A stretch of 64,000 nt of DNA, from assembly GCA_014727915.1 (NCBI GenBank), contig WJMO01000011.1:21466-85465 (forward strand), given 5' to 3'. Within the stretch, counting starts at the first letter, position 1. The number at the start of each line of letters is the position of its first letter. The notes under the pieces were generated by a model that made no database searches, had not been told where the DNA came from, and was given only the letters and a program-made list of their open reading frames with translations. This DNA comes from Candidatus Altiarchaeales archaeon (lineage in GTDB: Archaea; Altiarchaeota; Altiarchaeia; IMC4; SCGC-AAA252-I15). Both the position numbers and the translations under genes were made by a program. Shown one piece after another: positions 1 to 8,988 of the stretch.

Positions 1-526
1 CGTACTCCCAGAGCCTCCGGAAACCTAGGTAGGTGGACTGGGCGGTCTCAGGCCTGAGATACCCTGTCCTCTTGCCCTTCCCAGTGCCAATGGTGGTCTG
101 GAACATAAGATTGTACTCGTAGGGCTCGCCGAAACCTCCCTTGCACTCCGGGCAGGTGATCCCACGTTCCTTCAGGAGGGCGTCCACCTCCTCAGCGGGC
201 TTGCCCTCCGCTTCGACACCCACCTCCTCCAGGAGCTTATCGGCCCTGTAGCACTCATGGCATCTGTTGCATTCTACCATCAGATCAGCGAAGCTGTCCA
301 CGTGGCCGGATGCTACCCACACCTCCTCAGGGCTCAGGGTAGGGCACTGGACCTCGAAGCATCCCTCGCCTATGACATAATGCCTCCTTAGCAGGTCCTC
401 GATATTCTGCTTTATCCTGGAGCCTATGGGACCATAGTCGACGAAACCGCTGACTCCCCTGTATATCTCAAAGGACGGGTAGGCTATCCCCCTCCTCTTC
501 GAAACGTCCATTATCCTGTCTTGCAT
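1..526 (-). CDS. glyS: Glycyl-tRNA synthetase, archaeal/eukaryotic type (5' part; runs off the window start)
   Basis: Manual translation from ATG 526: MQDRIMDVSKRRGIAYPSFEIYRGVSGFVDYGPIG...VWVASGHVDSFAD...YNLMFQT...YLRPETAQ, which are class II GlyRS motifs. Not in the ORF track. Confidence 0.93.
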   Translation of the reverse strand, partial: MQDRIMDVSKRRGIAYPSFEIYRGVSGFVDYGPIGSRIKQNIEDLLRRHYVIGEGCFEVQCPTLSPEEVWVASGHVDSFADLMVECNRCHECYRADKLLEEVGVEAEGKPAEEVDALLKERGITCPECKGGFGEPYEYNLMFQTTIGTGKGKRTGYLRPETAQSTYLGFRRLWEY

Positions 527-527
527 A

Positions 528-2372
528 CTAATCTACCCTTGTCCTCTCTTCCTCTATGAGCTTCCTAAGCTCGTCCTCGACCTTGGTCTTGGTCTCAGAG
601 TCCCTTCTGATGGCCCACTCCTCGTCACGCCTCCTGACCCTCTCAGCCTCCTCCATCTTCTTCTTCCTGAATTCGGTCTCCATCACACGCCTCCTGCTGA
701 GTATCTGGAATATAAGGACTCCAGTGACGATAAGTATGACCGCACCCACTATGACGGCGTTCCTGAACTCTATGTCCTGCTGCCTGACTTTCTCCCTTGA
801 CTCCTTTATGATCCCGTCAGTGCGGGTTATTCCCAAGCTGTAATTGATCTCAACGTATATGTTATTGGCGCTCTCCGCCCATGGAAGCGCGTTCCGGTAA
901 TCTGATGTGTCATAGTATCCTTGTGCCTTGCTGTAGTAGCCGTTGGCTTCATCCAACTTTTCAGCTCCTTCCGTGATCTTAGCCATGAGCTCCTCCACAT
1001 TGGCTGTGCTCTCCTCGTCCCGTATGTCCATGTAGATCTTCTTGGACTTTGAAGCGTCCATCATAGCAGAATCAAAGTCCGCTACATTATAGTAGGCTAT
1101 CGCATTCTGCAGGTACATGTGGGCGTCATCCCTCTGTTTCGTCCTCAGGTTTATCTGATTGATGAAGGAGTCGACCTTGGACAGGCATACGTAGTTCTTA
1201 AGCTGGTCGCATATCTCCCGGGCCTTGTTGGCGTAGGCTTTCGCGTTTATCATCTGATTCTCCAAGTACATCTCCTGGCTGTTCTTGTAGTATTCCTCAG
1301 CGATCTGCAGCATCCTCTCCCTACCGCAGGTGTCCTGTATGTCGGACAGCAGAGCGTTGACCTCGCTCACATATGCCCAGTACCTCTTCATGTTGATCTG
1401 CTTGTCCGGCGGGAGCCTCCACTCCATGTTATATGCTTCATTGTAGAAGTCCATGTAAATGGACTTGGCCTTGTTCGCCCGGTCCGTCGCATTCAGGCAT
1501 TCATTCTCCATTATGGCGAATCTCTTAGCCTCCTCATAGAGGCTCTGCGCCTCCCTCATCCTCTGCTCCTTCGTGTCGTCTATAACCTCCCTGCACCTTG
1601 ACGCCAGCAACGTCGCGGTCGACATCCCCTCCTTGTCGTCTATTGACGTATAGAGGTTCTGTGCGTCTGCGGCGTATTCAACGCACCGCTGGTTATCCCC
1701 GGAGGCGTGGAATTTGATGGCGTCATCATACGCTGCCTTGGCCTGCATCCTTATGCTGCTCATCTTGTTGTTTATGCTGGTAAGCAGGGATGCTGAGTTG
1801 CTCACTCCCGCCTCATAGGGGCAGCTGTGGTATTTCTCACTCGCATTCAGAGCATAGTTCTTGGCTGACACGTAGAAATCCGATAGGAAGGCGTCCTGGG
1901 CCAGCTGGTAGAACTCATCACCAACCCTGATGCATTCAACCATCTCCTTGTTCATCTGCGCCCTTGCGCGGGTGATCAGGTCCTCAGTTATCAAGACGTT
2001 CGTGTTGTCCCCCAGGTTCTGGTAGATGAGCTTCGCCCTCTCGGCGAACTCGACAGACTTCTGAAGGTTATCATACCCGCCCTGCAGGAAATAGTCGTTT
2101 GCTATGCTCTTATAAGTCGAAGCCAGCTGGTTACCCGACAGCAGGGATTCTATGTTGTTTATCATGCTGTCGCATTTCTCGACACCCCAGGAGTTATCCA
2201 CCTGCTCGTACACCTCACGCGCCCTGTATACCGTGTTCAAAGCGTTCTTATAGTCTCCTGACTGGTAGTATATCTCGGCCGACTTATAAAAGCTGTCCGC
2301 CTCTATGTTGCTCGCCGCAGCCGCAAGACCCGACAAAACAACCAAAACCGCCAAGATAGCCTCCGCCCTCAT
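528..2372 (-). CDS. Secreted TPR/SNAP-like helical-repeat protein with C-terminal membrane anchor
   Basis: Signal peptide (LAVLVVLSGLAAA), repeated A..YY..A...Y...DY..A helices, TM segment (AVIVGAVILIVTGVLIFQIL), charged cytoplasmic tail. Confidence 0.7.
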   Translation of the reverse strand: MRAEAILAVLVVLSGLAAAASNIEADSFYKSAEIYYQSGDYKNALNTVYRAREVYEQVDNSWGVEKCDSMINNIESLLSGNQLASTYKSIANDYFLQGGYDNLQKSVEFAERAKLIYQNLGDNTNVLITEDLITRARAQMNKEMVECIRVGDEFYQLAQDAFLSDFYVSAKNYALNASEKYHSCPYEAGVSNSASLLTSINNKMSSIRMQAKAAYDDAIKFHASGDNQRCVEYAADAQNLYTSIDDKEGMSTATLLASRCREVIDDTKEQRMREAQSLYEEAKRFAIMENECLNATDRANKAKSIYMDFYNEAYNMEWRLPPDKQINMKRYWAYVSEVNALLSDIQDTCGRERMLQIAEEYYKNSQEMYLENQMINAKAYANKAREICDQLKNYVCLSKVDSFINQINLRTKQRDDAHMYLQNAIAYYNVADFDSAMMDASKSKKIYMDIRDEESTANVEELMAKITEGAEKLDEANGYYSKAQGYYDTSDYRNALPWAESANNIYVEINYSLGITRTDGIIKESREKVRQQDIEFRNAVIVGAVILIVTGVLIFQILSRRRVMETEFRKKKMEEAERVRRRDEEWAIRRDSETKTKVEDELRKLIEEERTRVD

Positions 2373-2373
2373 G

Positions 2374-4257
2374 CTACTTCACCTCGTCGAAATCGTCCAG
2401 GTCATCCATACCCATCATATCCTCCTCGAAGCTTCCCGAACGCTGCATAGAATCGTCTATCGTCTCCACACCCTCGGACCTCCTCTTGACGAGCAAAAGT
2501 ATCACGATAACAGCCAACACACCTATCACTATGTAAAGCATCCTATTCGGCTTCTCAGGCTCTGGGAGCGTGGATGATGTGCTCTTGGGCAGCGTGCTCA
2601 GATATTGCGGGTACTCCAGCTGCTTCTCCACCTGCAGCAGCAGCAGCTCGCATTTGACCTCCCCCTCACGGTCCCCGTTCGACTTGTAGATGTCCATCGC
2701 CTTCTCAGCCAATGTCTTAGCAGAGGCGTAATCGCCCGAGAAGAACGCATCCTGTGCCCTCGAGTACATTATGTTGGCCGCTTCTAGGCTGTCCTCCTGC
2801 AGCAGCCCCTCAATCAACGTTATCAGCCTCTCCGAATCGACCTGTCCCTTCTCATACCCGACCTCTATATACAGGTTCTTGGCTTCGCGGAAGTACTCCA
2901 GTGCACTCTCATAGTCTGATGTGATGTAAGCCTCCTGCCCCAGGTTGTATGCAGTATCCGCCCTCCTGCGGATGTTATACGTCTCGTTGACCATGAACGC
3001 CATGATCCTGGGCTCGTTGGAGACCACCACAACCTCGTCCACGAGGTCTCCGAATATGTTGCCCGACGCCACCTTCATCAGCGGGACTCCCGTGTTATGC
3101 CGCCACTTGAAGTTGCCAGAAAGGTCCAGCAGGTATACAGTACCGCTCAACACCGAGACCAGAAGGTCCTCCACCTGGTCGTTGTCAACGTCCTTTATGA
3201 ACAGCTGGCTGGGCTCCCCGTCCAACGGGTAATCCCAGATCGGCATTCCATTATGGTCGAGCGCGTATAGCTTGTTGTCTGAGCAGGCGACCAGCATCTC
3301 ATCTAAGTCGTCGGTGTCCAAGTCCACCATGACAATGTCATTAACCGTGCATTTGAGGTCGGCGGTCCATTGCACCGAGCTTTTAATCTTGATGTTTTCA
3401 TTCGTGCTGGCTACGATTTCCGTGGTCTTCACAGCGATAATCCTCTCCGAATCGGTGACAACCAGTATGTCAGGGAATCCAGTGTCCGTCAACTTGCCGA
3501 TGAGTATCCGGCGTATCCCCTTCTTCAGCTTGGGCAGGTCTGGTTCGACGTCAACCTGTGTCATCAACCGCCCGTTATAGTTTATGAAATACAGCTGGTC
3601 GCTGCCTGCGATAATGTCTTTTCTACCGTTCGAGTCCATGTCATACATGTTCACAGCCATGACCGGGATGTCCAACAGACCGTCGCCCTTGTCGGGGTAG
3701 TTCCATATTCGCTCACCATAGCTCCTGAAGAGATACACTCGCCCGTCAGACCCCCCCACAACCTCATAGTACTTGTCCCCCTCCACATCGTCTATGTGGA
3801 TGTCGTTCAAGACCGCGGTAGAATCGAACTTCCGCTTCAGATTACCTCTGCTGTCGAGTATCCTTATGCTTCCCCTGTGGATCTGGGGTGTGCCGAGTAT
3901 CTGCCCGCTCGACAGTATGATCTCGTATCTCTGGTCCCGGTCCAGGTCGAATACCATCGCATCCTTTATCACGTCATCCACGCCGTAATGCCACATCTTC
4001 GTCCCGTTCTTCGTGTAAACTGAGACGTGGTTCTTGTTCTTTATGTTCCTCGTTCCAGCGCTACCAGAAGTCACGACGCACACGTCTTCGAAGCCGTCGC
4101 CGTCCACGTCCACCACGGAGTTCAGGACGACAGAAACCCGCTCATCCAATCCGGTCACAGGATAGTCCTCCCATAGCGGGGAAAGAACAGTGGGCTCCTC
4201 GGCTGCCGCCGATATGGAAATCAAAAAAACCAGGAGAAAAACCCATGCTACTCTCAT
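2374..4257 (-). CDS. Secreted FG-GAP/PQQ-like beta-propeller + TPR protein, membrane anchored
   Basis: Probable start ATG 4257 (MRVAWVFLL, TATA-like box at about 4281-4287). Repeated DxDxDG loops (DVDGDG, DLDRDQ, DMDSNG, DLDTDD), two TPR-like units, C-terminal TM. Confidence 0.75.
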   Translation of the reverse strand: MRVAWVFLLVFLISISAAAEEPTVLSPLWEDYPVTGLDERVSVVLNSVVDVDGDGFEDVCVVTSGSAGTRNIKNKNHVSVYTKNGTKMWHYGVDDVIKDAMVFDLDRDQRYEIILSSGQILGTPQIHRGSIRILDSRGNLKRKFDSTAVLNDIHIDDVEGDKYYEVVGGSDGRVYLFRSYGERIWNYPDKGDGLLDIPVMAVNMYDMDSNGRKDIIAGSDQLYFINYNGRLMTQVDVEPDLPKLKKGIRRILIGKLTDTGFPDILVVTDSERIIAVKTTEIVASTNENIKIKSSVQWTADLKCTVNDIVMVDLDTDDLDEMLVACSDNKLYALDHNGMPIWDYPLDGEPSQLFIKDVDNDQVEDLLVSVLSGTVYLLDLSGNFKWRHNTGVPLMKVASGNIFGDLVDEVVVVSNEPRIMAFMVNETYNIRRRADTAYNLGQEAYITSDYESALEYFREAKNLYIEVGYEKGQVDSERLITLIEGLLQEDSLEAANIMYSRAQDAFFSGDYASAKTLAEKAMDIYKSNGDREGEVKCELLLLQVEKQLEYPQYLSTLPKSTSSTLPEPEKPNRMLYIVIGVLAVIVILLLVKRRSEGVETIDDSMQRSGSFEEDMMGMDDLDDFDEVK

Positions 4258-4289
4258 CCTAGATAATTGAGAACACACGATTATAAGCG

Positions 4290-5264
4290 TTATTCGGGCC
4301 TGTAGAACTCTGCCGCGTCCTCCGGAGCCATCGTATTTATTATTATCTCCGAACCCAGTTCGAAGCCAGCCCAGTTGGACAGCCTGGGCAGCAATTCTAC
4401 ATGCAGGTGAAGGTCCGCCCCTCTGGGGTTGACGTGGAAGTAAAGGTTATACGGTGGGTCGTTAAGTCCGTCCCTCAGCTTCTCAAGCAGGAGCTTAAAC
4501 GCAGAGGCCATGCTATGGCGCTCCTCGTCTGAAAGGTCTCCCAGATCGTGAACATGCCTCTTAGGCACTATCCACGCCTCCATCGGGCTTCTCGACGCGT
4601 AGGGTGTGAACACTGCCATGTGATAGTCTTCCCACACCTTCCTCGGACCTCCCACCTCCTTCTTCCAGGCGTCGCATAGGGGGCAGGAACCGTTCAACGT
4701 CTTATACCTCTCAACCGCCTCAGCCTCCTCCTTGACAAGCCTGGGGACCACAGGGGTCGAGATGATCTGGGTGTGGGTGTGTGAGAGGGAAGCCCCGGCC
4801 TTTCTGCCGTGGTTCTTGAAAACGAGAGCGTATCTGACCCTGGGGTCCGATAGCATATGCTCCACTCTCTCATTGTACACTGATAGCACATGGCTTATCC
4901 TCTCTATCGAAAGGTCGGAGACCGACTTGCTGTGGGCCGGGTTCTCAACCACGATCTCATGGTATCCGTAGGCTGGCATGAGCTCGTCCGAACCCTCCTC
5001 CTCTTCGGTCGTCACTGCAGGGTACTTGTTGGGGAACACCCGGATGACCCAGTGACCGTCCTCCTCCACCCTGCTTATCTCAGCGGGTGTCATCTCCTCG
5101 TTCCCAGGGCAGAAAAAGCACGTCTTGCCATCTTCCTCCGGAGCGGGGTCCCTCTTGAAGTCGCTCGGCCTCTTACCCCTCCCAACTGCGATTATGACTC
5201 TCCGGTCGAGGAAGTAGTCTTTCCTCAACTCGTTCTCCATGGGAGAGAATGTGATTACAGGCAT
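4290..5264 (-). CDS. galT: Galactose-1-phosphate uridylyltransferase (HIT family)
   Basis: RGKRP, CFFCPGNE, RVFPNKYPA, GASLSHTHTQ catalytic HxHxQ motif, AGFELG. Confidence 0.9.
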   Translation of the reverse strand: MPVITFSPMENELRKDYFLDRRVIIAVGRGKRPSDFKRDPAPEEDGKTCFFCPGNEEMTPAEISRVEEDGHWVIRVFPNKYPAVTTEEEEGSDELMPAYGYHEIVVENPAHSKSVSDLSIERISHVLSVYNERVEHMLSDPRVRYALVFKNHGRKAGASLSHTHTQIISTPVVPRLVKEEAEAVERYKTLNGSCPLCDAWKKEVGGPRKVWEDYHMAVFTPYASRSPMEAWIVPKRHVHDLGDLSDEERHSMASAFKLLLEKLRDGLNDPPYNLYFHVNPRGADLHLHVELLPRLSNWAGFELGSEIIINTMAPEDAAEFYRPE

Positions 5265-5303
5265 TTAAACCAGATTTAAGCAGGTAAATCCAGTACTTCT
5301 AAC

Positions 5304-6317
5304 ATGGGAAAGTCAGGTGCTGCGGTTGTGAGAAGAGAGCTGAAGCTCGTCGGAGATGACATTGAATTGAACCGTGTGACGGCAGACCAGCTTACAACAC
5401 AGCAGCTGGAAGAGGTCGGCAGGCTAGACCGTAAGAGGGCATCATCTGCCGGGCTCAACCCCCTCACATCGGACAAAACAGGGTTGAACGCCCGAATCGC
5501 GGGTGTGGAGGGGGAACACCACCTAAAAGAGGGGAAGCTCAGGGTAGAATCTGACATGGGCTCTAATGTTGACATGCCAGGCAGCCCTACGCAAAGGCAT
5601 GAATCCCTCCTCTCAGGCAATGTGGATCAGCCGGGCGTCCACGCTCACCTGGACACGGAGCGCACAACAGACCTGCTGGCAGGCTCCGATGTAAAGGCCG
5701 CCTCAGACACGGCGGGTTCGGTGAGGGCGGGGGTCATCTCCGAGGGGGGGACAGACCGGCTAACCCCAGCAGCCTCTGAGAGGGTGGCTTACACCGGAGT
5801 TTCAACAACACCCGAGGAAGTCATAGTCTCCGCGCGTGGTAGGGTAAGTCAACTGCCAGAGGTCGGGCGCAAGCTTGGGGATGCGATGTCCGAGCTTGCC
5901 AATGACATGATGAAATCAACCGACGGAAGCAGCGTGGACGACCTGGCAGCGGACTTTGAAAAAGCACATGATATCGTGGAATCCGCGGTGAAGCAGAGGG
6001 CGCTGATATCGGATAGGCTGTCCACGCAGGGTGTAACAGATGAGGTGGCCCAGGAGCGGCTACTCCGACACCTTGGAATCGCAGCCTTCAAGACCTCCGC
6101 CTTCCTGGGGTCGACAGGCACCTTCTTGGATGGAAAACAGCTCTTGGACCAGACCGTGGCCGTGCTGTCCGGTGAGGAGGAGCGCAGCTGGCAGTCCGAC
6201 CAGGTGCTTAAGGAGTTCCTGTCCAACCAGGGTATACGGAGGGACCATCCCAACCTGATGAGGTGGATAGAGGGGATGCTCACAGACGAGCAAGGGAGGG
6301 GCAGACAGGCAGCTTGA
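5304..6317 (+). CDS. Hypothetical protein
   Basis: 337-aa ORF divergent from galT, ending 2 nt before the FtsZ-like start. No recognised motif. Confidence 0.55.
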   Translation: MGKSGAAVVRRELKLVGDDIELNRVTADQLTTQQLEEVGRLDRKRASSAGLNPLTSDKTGLNARIAGVEGEHHLKEGKLRVESDMGSNVDMPGSPTQRHESLLSGNVDQPGVHAHLDTERTTDLLAGSDVKAASDTAGSVRAGVISEGGTDRLTPAASERVAYTGVSTTPEEVIVSARGRVSQLPEVGRKLGDAMSELANDMMKSTDGSSVDDLAADFEKAHDIVESAVKQRALISDRLSTQGVTDEVAQERLLRHLGIAAFKTSAFLGSTGTFLDGKQLLDQTVAVLSGEEERSWQSDQVLKEFLSNQGIRRDHPNLMRWIEGMLTDEQGRGRQAA

Positions 6318-6319
6318 AG

Positions 6320-7204
6320 ATGTCCAAGATAAAAGTAGTTGGTGTGGGCGGAAGCGGTTGCGCGACAGCCGAGAAGATGGAGGCCTGCAGCGGATGCCAT
6401 CTAGTAGCAGTCCACACGGATGCCATGAGCCTCCTGAAGTACAAGGTCCACGATAAGATACTCGTAGGCAAGGCTGTCACCCGCGGACGGAGCACGGGCA
6501 ACAACATATCTCTCGGCGAGGAAGCCGCCCTCTCAGACAGGGACAGGATATCCGAGGTTCTAGGGGACTGTGACGTGGTATTCCTCGTAGCCGGCCTGGG
6601 CGGCGGAACGGGCGCAGGGGCGTCGCCGATAGTCGCTGAAGAGGCCAAAGGACATGGCAGCGCGGTTATAGCGTTCGTTAACATACCCTTCACAGCCGAG
6701 GGAAAGGTATGCCGGTCCAATGCGGATAATGGGATCAGCCGCCTAAGACCCTTCTGCAACCTGATAGTCGTGGTGGAAAATGACAGGTTCCTCAAACTGG
6801 TCCACGACCTCTCCATAAGGGACGCTTTCACCACCGTCAACCGGATAATACTCGAGGCGGTGACTGGCATGGTGGTGTTGATAGAGGATTCGGGATTGGA
6901 GAACATAATGCCCATGCTCAGGGGGTATGCGACATTAGGTCATGGCGTCGGCTCCAACCCCCGGAAGGCGTTGAGGGCTGCGTTGGACTCTCCGCTGATA
7001 GGCGCGGACATATCAACTGCCTCTGGGGTCCTGCTGAACTTCACATCCCATTCCAAGTCTGTTGAGGGCATACAGCCCGCCTTGGAGGAGCTGAACTCGA
7101 ACATATCCTCTGCGGCGGGTGTCGTGTGGACCAACACCGCAGACGACAGCGCCGAAGCGGTGGAGGTCCTGGCGCTCTTCTCAGGCGTTGAATTGACGGT
7201 CTGA
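6320..7204 (+). CDS. Divergent FtsZ/tubulin-family protein (short, T7 loop absent)
   Basis: Start ATG 6320 MSKIKVVGVGGSG; VHTD; GEEAA; tubulin signature GLGGGTGAG; PFTAEG; VENDR. No NxDFAD T7 motif and no C-terminal tail. Confidence 0.85.
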   Translation: MSKIKVVGVGGSGCATAEKMEACSGCHLVAVHTDAMSLLKYKVHDKILVGKAVTRGRSTGNNISLGEEAALSDRDRISEVLGDCDVVFLVAGLGGGTGAGASPIVAEEAKGHGSAVIAFVNIPFTAEGKVCRSNADNGISRLRPFCNLIVVVENDRFLKLVHDLSIRDAFTTVNRIILEAVTGMVVLIEDSGLENIMPMLRGYATLGHGVGSNPRKALRAALDSPLIGADISTASGVLLNFTSHSKSVEGIQPALEELNSNISSAAGVVWTNTADDSAEAVEVLALFSGVELTV

Positions 7205-7208
7205 ATGC

Positions 7209-7216
7209 TTTTAAAC
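7209..7216 (+). promoter_or_regulatory. Putative TATA box of the tat operon
   Basis: TTTTAAAC about 30 nt upstream of tatA ATG 7240, consistent with a leaderless archaeal transcript. Confidence 0.4.
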
Positions 7217-7239
7217 CGGGATGTTTTATATTCTCTCAT

Positions 7240-7398
7240 ATGGCCTTCAGCACCAATGAGCTCCTGATAGTCCTTTTGATAATCCTGCTGCTCTTTGGGG
7301 GCAGGAAGCTCCCGGAACTGGCTCGTTCCCTGGGCCTTTCCATGAACGAATTCAAGAAGACCCAGGAAAAGCCCAAGGAGAATACTGCGGAAAAGTGA
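7240..7398 (+). CDS. tatA: Sec-independent translocase TatA
   Basis: Manual translation MAFSTNELLIVLLIILLLFGGRKLPELARSLGLSMNEFKK (52 aa, below the ORF-track cutoff). FG..KLP.L.RSLG..EFK is the TatA signature; overlaps the tatC start. Confidence 0.92.
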   Translation: MAFSTNELLIVLLIILLLFGGRKLPELARSLGLSMNEFKKTQEKPKENTAEK

Positions 7399-8093
7399 AA
7401 GCATCCCTGACAGAGCATCTTAAAGAGCTGAGACGCAGGCTGATATCTGTTTTGTCCGTGTTCGCAATCGCGGCCATCCTATCCTATCCGATCTCCCCTT
7501 CACTGCTGTCAAGGGCGAAAGCCGACCTACTCGGCGACTTAGACCTGGTTGTTTTGGGGCCTCAGGAGGCGCTTATGATATACGTGAAGGTTTCGGTGCT
7601 GCTGGGTTTCGCCTTCACCATGCCCGTGCTCACCTATCATGTATGGGCGTTCATATCACCAGGCCTCCTAAAGAAGGAGAAGGAGTTCATCGCATACCTT
7701 GTGCTGCCTTCCGCCTTACTCTTCGCGTCCGGGCTGCTCTTCGGATACTATGCCCTACTCCCGGTGGCGTTGAAGTTCCTGATAGCCTCCGCGCAGCCCC
7801 TGGCAACCCCCATGCTGTCATTGGATCACACCTTCACATTCATCGTGTCGATACTGTTGGCTTTGGGTGTCATATTCCAGCTTCCCCTGGTAACAGCCGC
7901 CCTAGCCAGGCTCGGCCTCCTCGATTCCCGTGCCCTGTCCAGGTACAGGAGGCATTCTATCGTAGTGATACTGCTGGTGTCTGCGATGGTCACCGACCCG
8001 AGCGTCGTGACCCAGCTCCTCCTTGCCGTGCCGATGATAATACTGTATGAGGTCGGCATTTTTACGTCTAAACTCGCAGGTGGTAATGGATGA
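7395..8093 (+). CDS. tatC: Sec-independent translocase TatC
   Basis: SLTEHLKELRRRL, WAFISPGL..KE, FQLP, LYE; six hydrophobic segments. Confidence 0.95.
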   Translation: MKASLTEHLKELRRRLISVLSVFAIAAILSYPISPSLLSRAKADLLGDLDLVVLGPQEALMIYVKVSVLLGFAFTMPVLTYHVWAFISPGLLKKEKEFIAYLVLPSALLFASGLLFGYYALLPVALKFLIASAQPLATPMLSLDHTFTFIVSILLALGVIFQLPLVTAALARLGLLDSRALSRYRRHSIVVILLVSAMVTDPSVVTQLLLAVPMIILYEVGIFTSKLAGGNG

Positions 8094-8236
8094 TCAGCAC
8101 GCTTGAGCTAATTGTGGCTTTCATAATCTTGTTGGTGCTCTTCGGCCCTGAGCGTCTGCCTGAGATGGCACGCGAGGCTGGGAATGCTGTGAGAGAGCTT
8201 AGGGAGGCGTTTTATGGGAAGGAACTCAAGGGCTAG
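8090..8236 (+). CDS. Second TatA/TatB-family subunit (TatB-like FGPERLP)
   Basis: Manual translation MISTLELIVAFIILLVLFGPERLPEMAREAGNAVRELREAFYGKELKG; ATGA overlap with the tatC stop. Confidence 0.85.
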   Translation: MISTLELIVAFIILLVLFGPERLPEMAREAGNAVRELREAFYGKELKG

Positions 8237-8966
8237 CGTTTTATTGGCTGCTGTCCTGCTGTCGGGCTGTGTCACAAGCGACATAATGGACTCTGAATAT
8301 CACCTTCCTGACAGGGCGTGCAGGTCATACGACAACGACTGGTTCGAGAGGGGTTTCACCAGGATGCCGGCGTGCTCGATGAACGTTTACGCGTGCATGA
8401 AAGAGTGCGAGTCAAGGTCGTCTGCGGGCGAGGGCCTCTCAAGCCCTGCATGCATCATGGACGGCGTGAGATACAACAACTTCACACAACGGGATTGGGC
8501 GTGCGCGGTAGGTGACGGGAGCACATGCAGTTTATACCAATCAGGCGAGGCCGAGAACCTCATACTTCTGGACGAAGAATGCGATCCTGTGGATGTGACA
8601 TACGACCTTGAAGTTGTTACCGCATACGCCGACGGGTCAGAGTACCGTTTCGGCGATGAATTGACGGTTACCGTGCTCAACTTGGAGCCTGAGAAGGTAT
8701 GCCTGGGCTCGTGCAATACCATCTACTATCAGAGAAAGATCGGCGCCGCATGGGACGACTACATGGTAACGTGCATTGCAAACTTCATCTCTGACTGCAT
8801 CGAACCCGGCGACAGCAGGGGGCTGGCTCAGACGCTGGTGAAGGTTGGCGACATGGGGGAGGGAACCTACAGGGTTGCAGTCCCAGTATACTATGGTTGT
8901 CCGGACGACGAGATGCCCTGCGAGGAGATGAAAATAAAGTACACTGGAGAATTCAAAATAGTTTGA
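8214..8966 (+). CDS. Cys-rich putative lipoprotein with C-terminal Ig-like domain
   Basis: Lipobox-like LLSG-C after a short hydrophobic stretch; many Cys; C-terminal IEPG...EGTYRV Ig-like pattern. Confidence 0.6.
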   Translation: MGRNSRASVLLAAVLLSGCVTSDIMDSEYHLPDRACRSYDNDWFERGFTRMPACSMNVYACMKECESRSSAGEGLSSPACIMDGVRYNNFTQRDWACAVGDGSTCSLYQSGEAENLILLDEECDPVDVTYDLEVVTAYADGSEYRFGDELTVTVLNLEPEKVCLGSCNTIYYQRKIGAAWDDYMVTCIANFISDCIEPGDSRGLAQTLVKVGDMGEGTYRVAVPVYYGCPDDEMPCEEMKIKYTGEFKIV

Positions 8967-8988
8967 GAAAAAACCGTTTTTTTACATA
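8967..8988. terminator. Putative bidirectional terminator
   Basis: GAAAAAACCGTTTTTTT (A-tract/T-tract inverted repeat) between two convergent genes. Confidence 0.45.
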
